37,043 nucleotides of DNA. Origin: Clostridia bacterium (lineage in GTDB: Bacteria; Bacillota; Peptococcia; Peptococcales; BICA1-8). The notes under the pieces are model-generated. The model ran no database searches, had not been told where the DNA came from, and worked only from the letters and a program-made list of their open reading frames with translations. Each line of letters opens with the position of its first letter. Position 1 is the stretch's first letter. Below are positions 35,575 through 37,043 of this stretch, in pieces. The position numbers were made by a program, and so were the translations under genes. The DNA lies in the NCBI GenBank assembly GCA_012800195.1, contig JAAZJU010000123.1:1-37043 (forward strand), in the 5' to 3' direction.

Positions 35575-36627
35575 ATGAAAAAGAAGGTCAATGAGTTAAA
35601 CATTCATAGAGCCATTGCCTGTATTTCTGTGGTTCTAGTTCATATTTCTGCTGGCCTAATTTTCCTTGGTACAACAGGCTTAGAGATGAAGTTTCTTTTA
35701 TCTTTTATAAATAGGTCATTAAAGTTTACCACGCCAACCTTTATTTTTATTAGTGGTTTTATATTGTTTTATGTCTATCAAAACAGGGAAATCAATTATT
35801 TGAGCTTTTGGAAGAAGAGACTAGGGGTGATTTTAGGTCCCTATATACTTTGGACAATATTCTACTATGGATATTTTATCTTAACTGGAGCCTATAATTT
35901 TTCCTGGGAGTTTTTCTTTGAAAAGCTAATTTTTGCGGATATGGTTTATCATTTATATTTTATCTTAATAATAACTCAGTTTTATTTTCTTTTTGGAGTT
36001 TTTCGTTATTTATTTGTAAAATTCAATTCTCATATTCTGATTCTGATTTTCTTTTTAAGCAATTTATTATTCATGAATAATTTTTATTTTAAATATGTTG
36101 ATCGGTTTTTTATGCAATATATTTTCTTTTTTGCTTTGGGTTTTTATCTGTCTAAGAATTACCAGGAGTTTAAACCTAAGATTTTAGCTAATAAATTCAT
36201 TATCACTTTAAGTTATTTATCAGCTTGTGGTATTTATGCATTTCAATTTATCTATATGTCAGTGTTAAACAAACCACTTTTTAGTGGACAAACTGTTAAT
36301 AATATTTGGTTTATCTTTTCATTAATCTCAATTATTTTTTATCTATTAGTTTCTATTAAAATAGAGGAAGGACAATTAGATTATCTAAAGAGATTTTTTT
36401 ACAAGGTTAGCGATGGTTCCTATTATATCTATTTAAGCCATCCGTTTGTTTTAATCTTGGCGGAAAAGGTAGTAAGGAAGCTAGGATTAACTTCAGCCTC
36501 CTTAAGTTTTATAATTTTAACATTTATTGTTCTAGGGGTAACCATATCAGGAGCCATAGGGTATAAGAGTATAAAAAACTACTTAAATATTTTCACCAAA
36601 CCTAAGGTTGCTAATAGTAAAATATAA
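35575..36627 (+). CDS. Acyltransferase-3-family integral membrane O-acyltransferase
   Basis: The N-terminus NIHRAIACISVVLVHIS has the conserved His context. It has about 10 hydrophobic helices and an F/Y-rich composition. The ATG at 35575 lies 6 nt after AAGGTGA. Confidence 0.8.
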   Translation: MKKKVNELNIHRAIACISVVLVHISAGLIFLGTTGLEMKFLLSFINRSLKFTTPTFIFISGFILFYVYQNREINYLSFWKKRLGVILGPYILWTIFYYGYFILTGAYNFSWEFFFEKLIFADMVYHLYFILIITQFYFLFGVFRYLFVKFNSHILILIFFLSNLLFMNNFYFKYVDRFFMQYIFFFALGFYLSKNYQEFKPKILANKFIITLSYLSACGIYAFQFIYMSVLNKPLFSGQTVNNIWFIFSLISIIFYLLVSIKIEEGQLDYLKRFFYKVSDGSYYIYLSHPFVLILAEKVVRKLGLTSASLSFIILTFIVLGVTISGAIGYKSIKNYLNIFTKPKVANSKI

Positions 36628-36642
36628 TACCGTATTATATAT

Positions 36643-36699
36643 AAACTGCATTTGCATTAATAATCTTTTTTATGGATGAAATGCAGTTTTATATTTTTC
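36643..36699 (+). terminator. Candidate terminator after the acyltransferase gene
   Basis: AAACTGCATTT/AAATGCAGTTT forms a perfect 11-bp stem (36643-36653 with 36679-36689) with a 25-nt loop. TATATTTTT follows. Confidence 0.5.
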
Positions 36700-36705
36700 C
36701 TCTTC

Positions 36706-36740
<35 letters not shown>

Positions 36741-37043
36741 TTTTTAAGGAGGAGGCTCGATTACCTTATTGGGTCCCCTATTATTTTTTTCTCGATATAA
36801 TTATTGTACCAATAATTATGCTATATAGTTTTTGTTTTTATTATTGTTACTTTTAAATATTCAATATGTAATTACTAAGCTTCTAGATTATTATGCCGAT
36901 TTTATTAAATAAACTTAATATAACCTTTTATATCTGTCGACATATAAATCAGCCTTAAAAGCGCTTTAAAATGGCCTCCATATTTCGCCTGTAAGCCCTT
37001 TAAATTAAGTGGCTAAGGTATTTGTATGTACAAGTCTACATGA

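Noticed and set aside
36757-36830. Small ORF downstream of the AAGGAGGAGG motif (TTG-initiated, about 19 codons)
   Set aside because: The start codon lies about 14 nt or more from the SD. It is a non-ATG start in a tiny AT-rich frame, so there is no support for coding.

Overview
This is a low-GC chromosomal segment from an endospore-forming Firmicute, probably Clostridia-like. Positions 1-28.4 kb are densely packed, entirely plus-strand, and carry conserved housekeeping and sporulation genes. In order they are trpS, scpA-scpB, ytfI/ytfJ-like genes, spmA-spmB, rluB, a YhiN-type flavoprotein, a HutP-family gene, cmk, plsC, an ispH::S1 fusion and type-2 IDI. These are followed by a PepSY lipoprotein, a polytopic membrane protein, spoIIP, a YIEGIA protein with a 63-aa partner, two DUF3189-like paralogs, a PDZ/radical-SAM protein, der, plsY, gpsA and spoIVA. 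The block ends with an ACT-protein/hom/thrB/aspartate-kinase operon. From memory, the order resembles the B. subtilis cmk...rpsA...fni...der-gpsA...spoIVA region. Positions 28.4-37 kb look more accessory. They hold an unannotated 49-codon membrane ORF, a formamidase-family gene behind a promoter-embedded palindrome, a GNAT, a small EamA-like protein and an OYE/FAD enoate-reductase-like enzyme. The only minus-strand block in the window follows: two DUF3231-like paralogs plus rubrerythrin. After that come a Cys-rich small ORF translationally coupled to an acyltransferase-3 membrane protein, and a 416-nt AT-rich tail with no supportable coding region. I saw no rRNA, tRNA, CRISPR array, transposase, integrase, phage gene or recognisable defence gene, and no convincing novel system. 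The best candidates for a second look are: (1) the uncharacterised YIEGIA/DUF3189/PDZ-radical-SAM module between spoIIP and der; (2) the DUF3231-paralog/rubrerythrin operon; (3) the Cys-rich ORF/acyltransferase pair; (4) a 16-nt initiation block shared by two unrelated genes, each with an upstream complementary box that could occlude the start codon. All family assignments come from motif recognition by eye, not from database searches.
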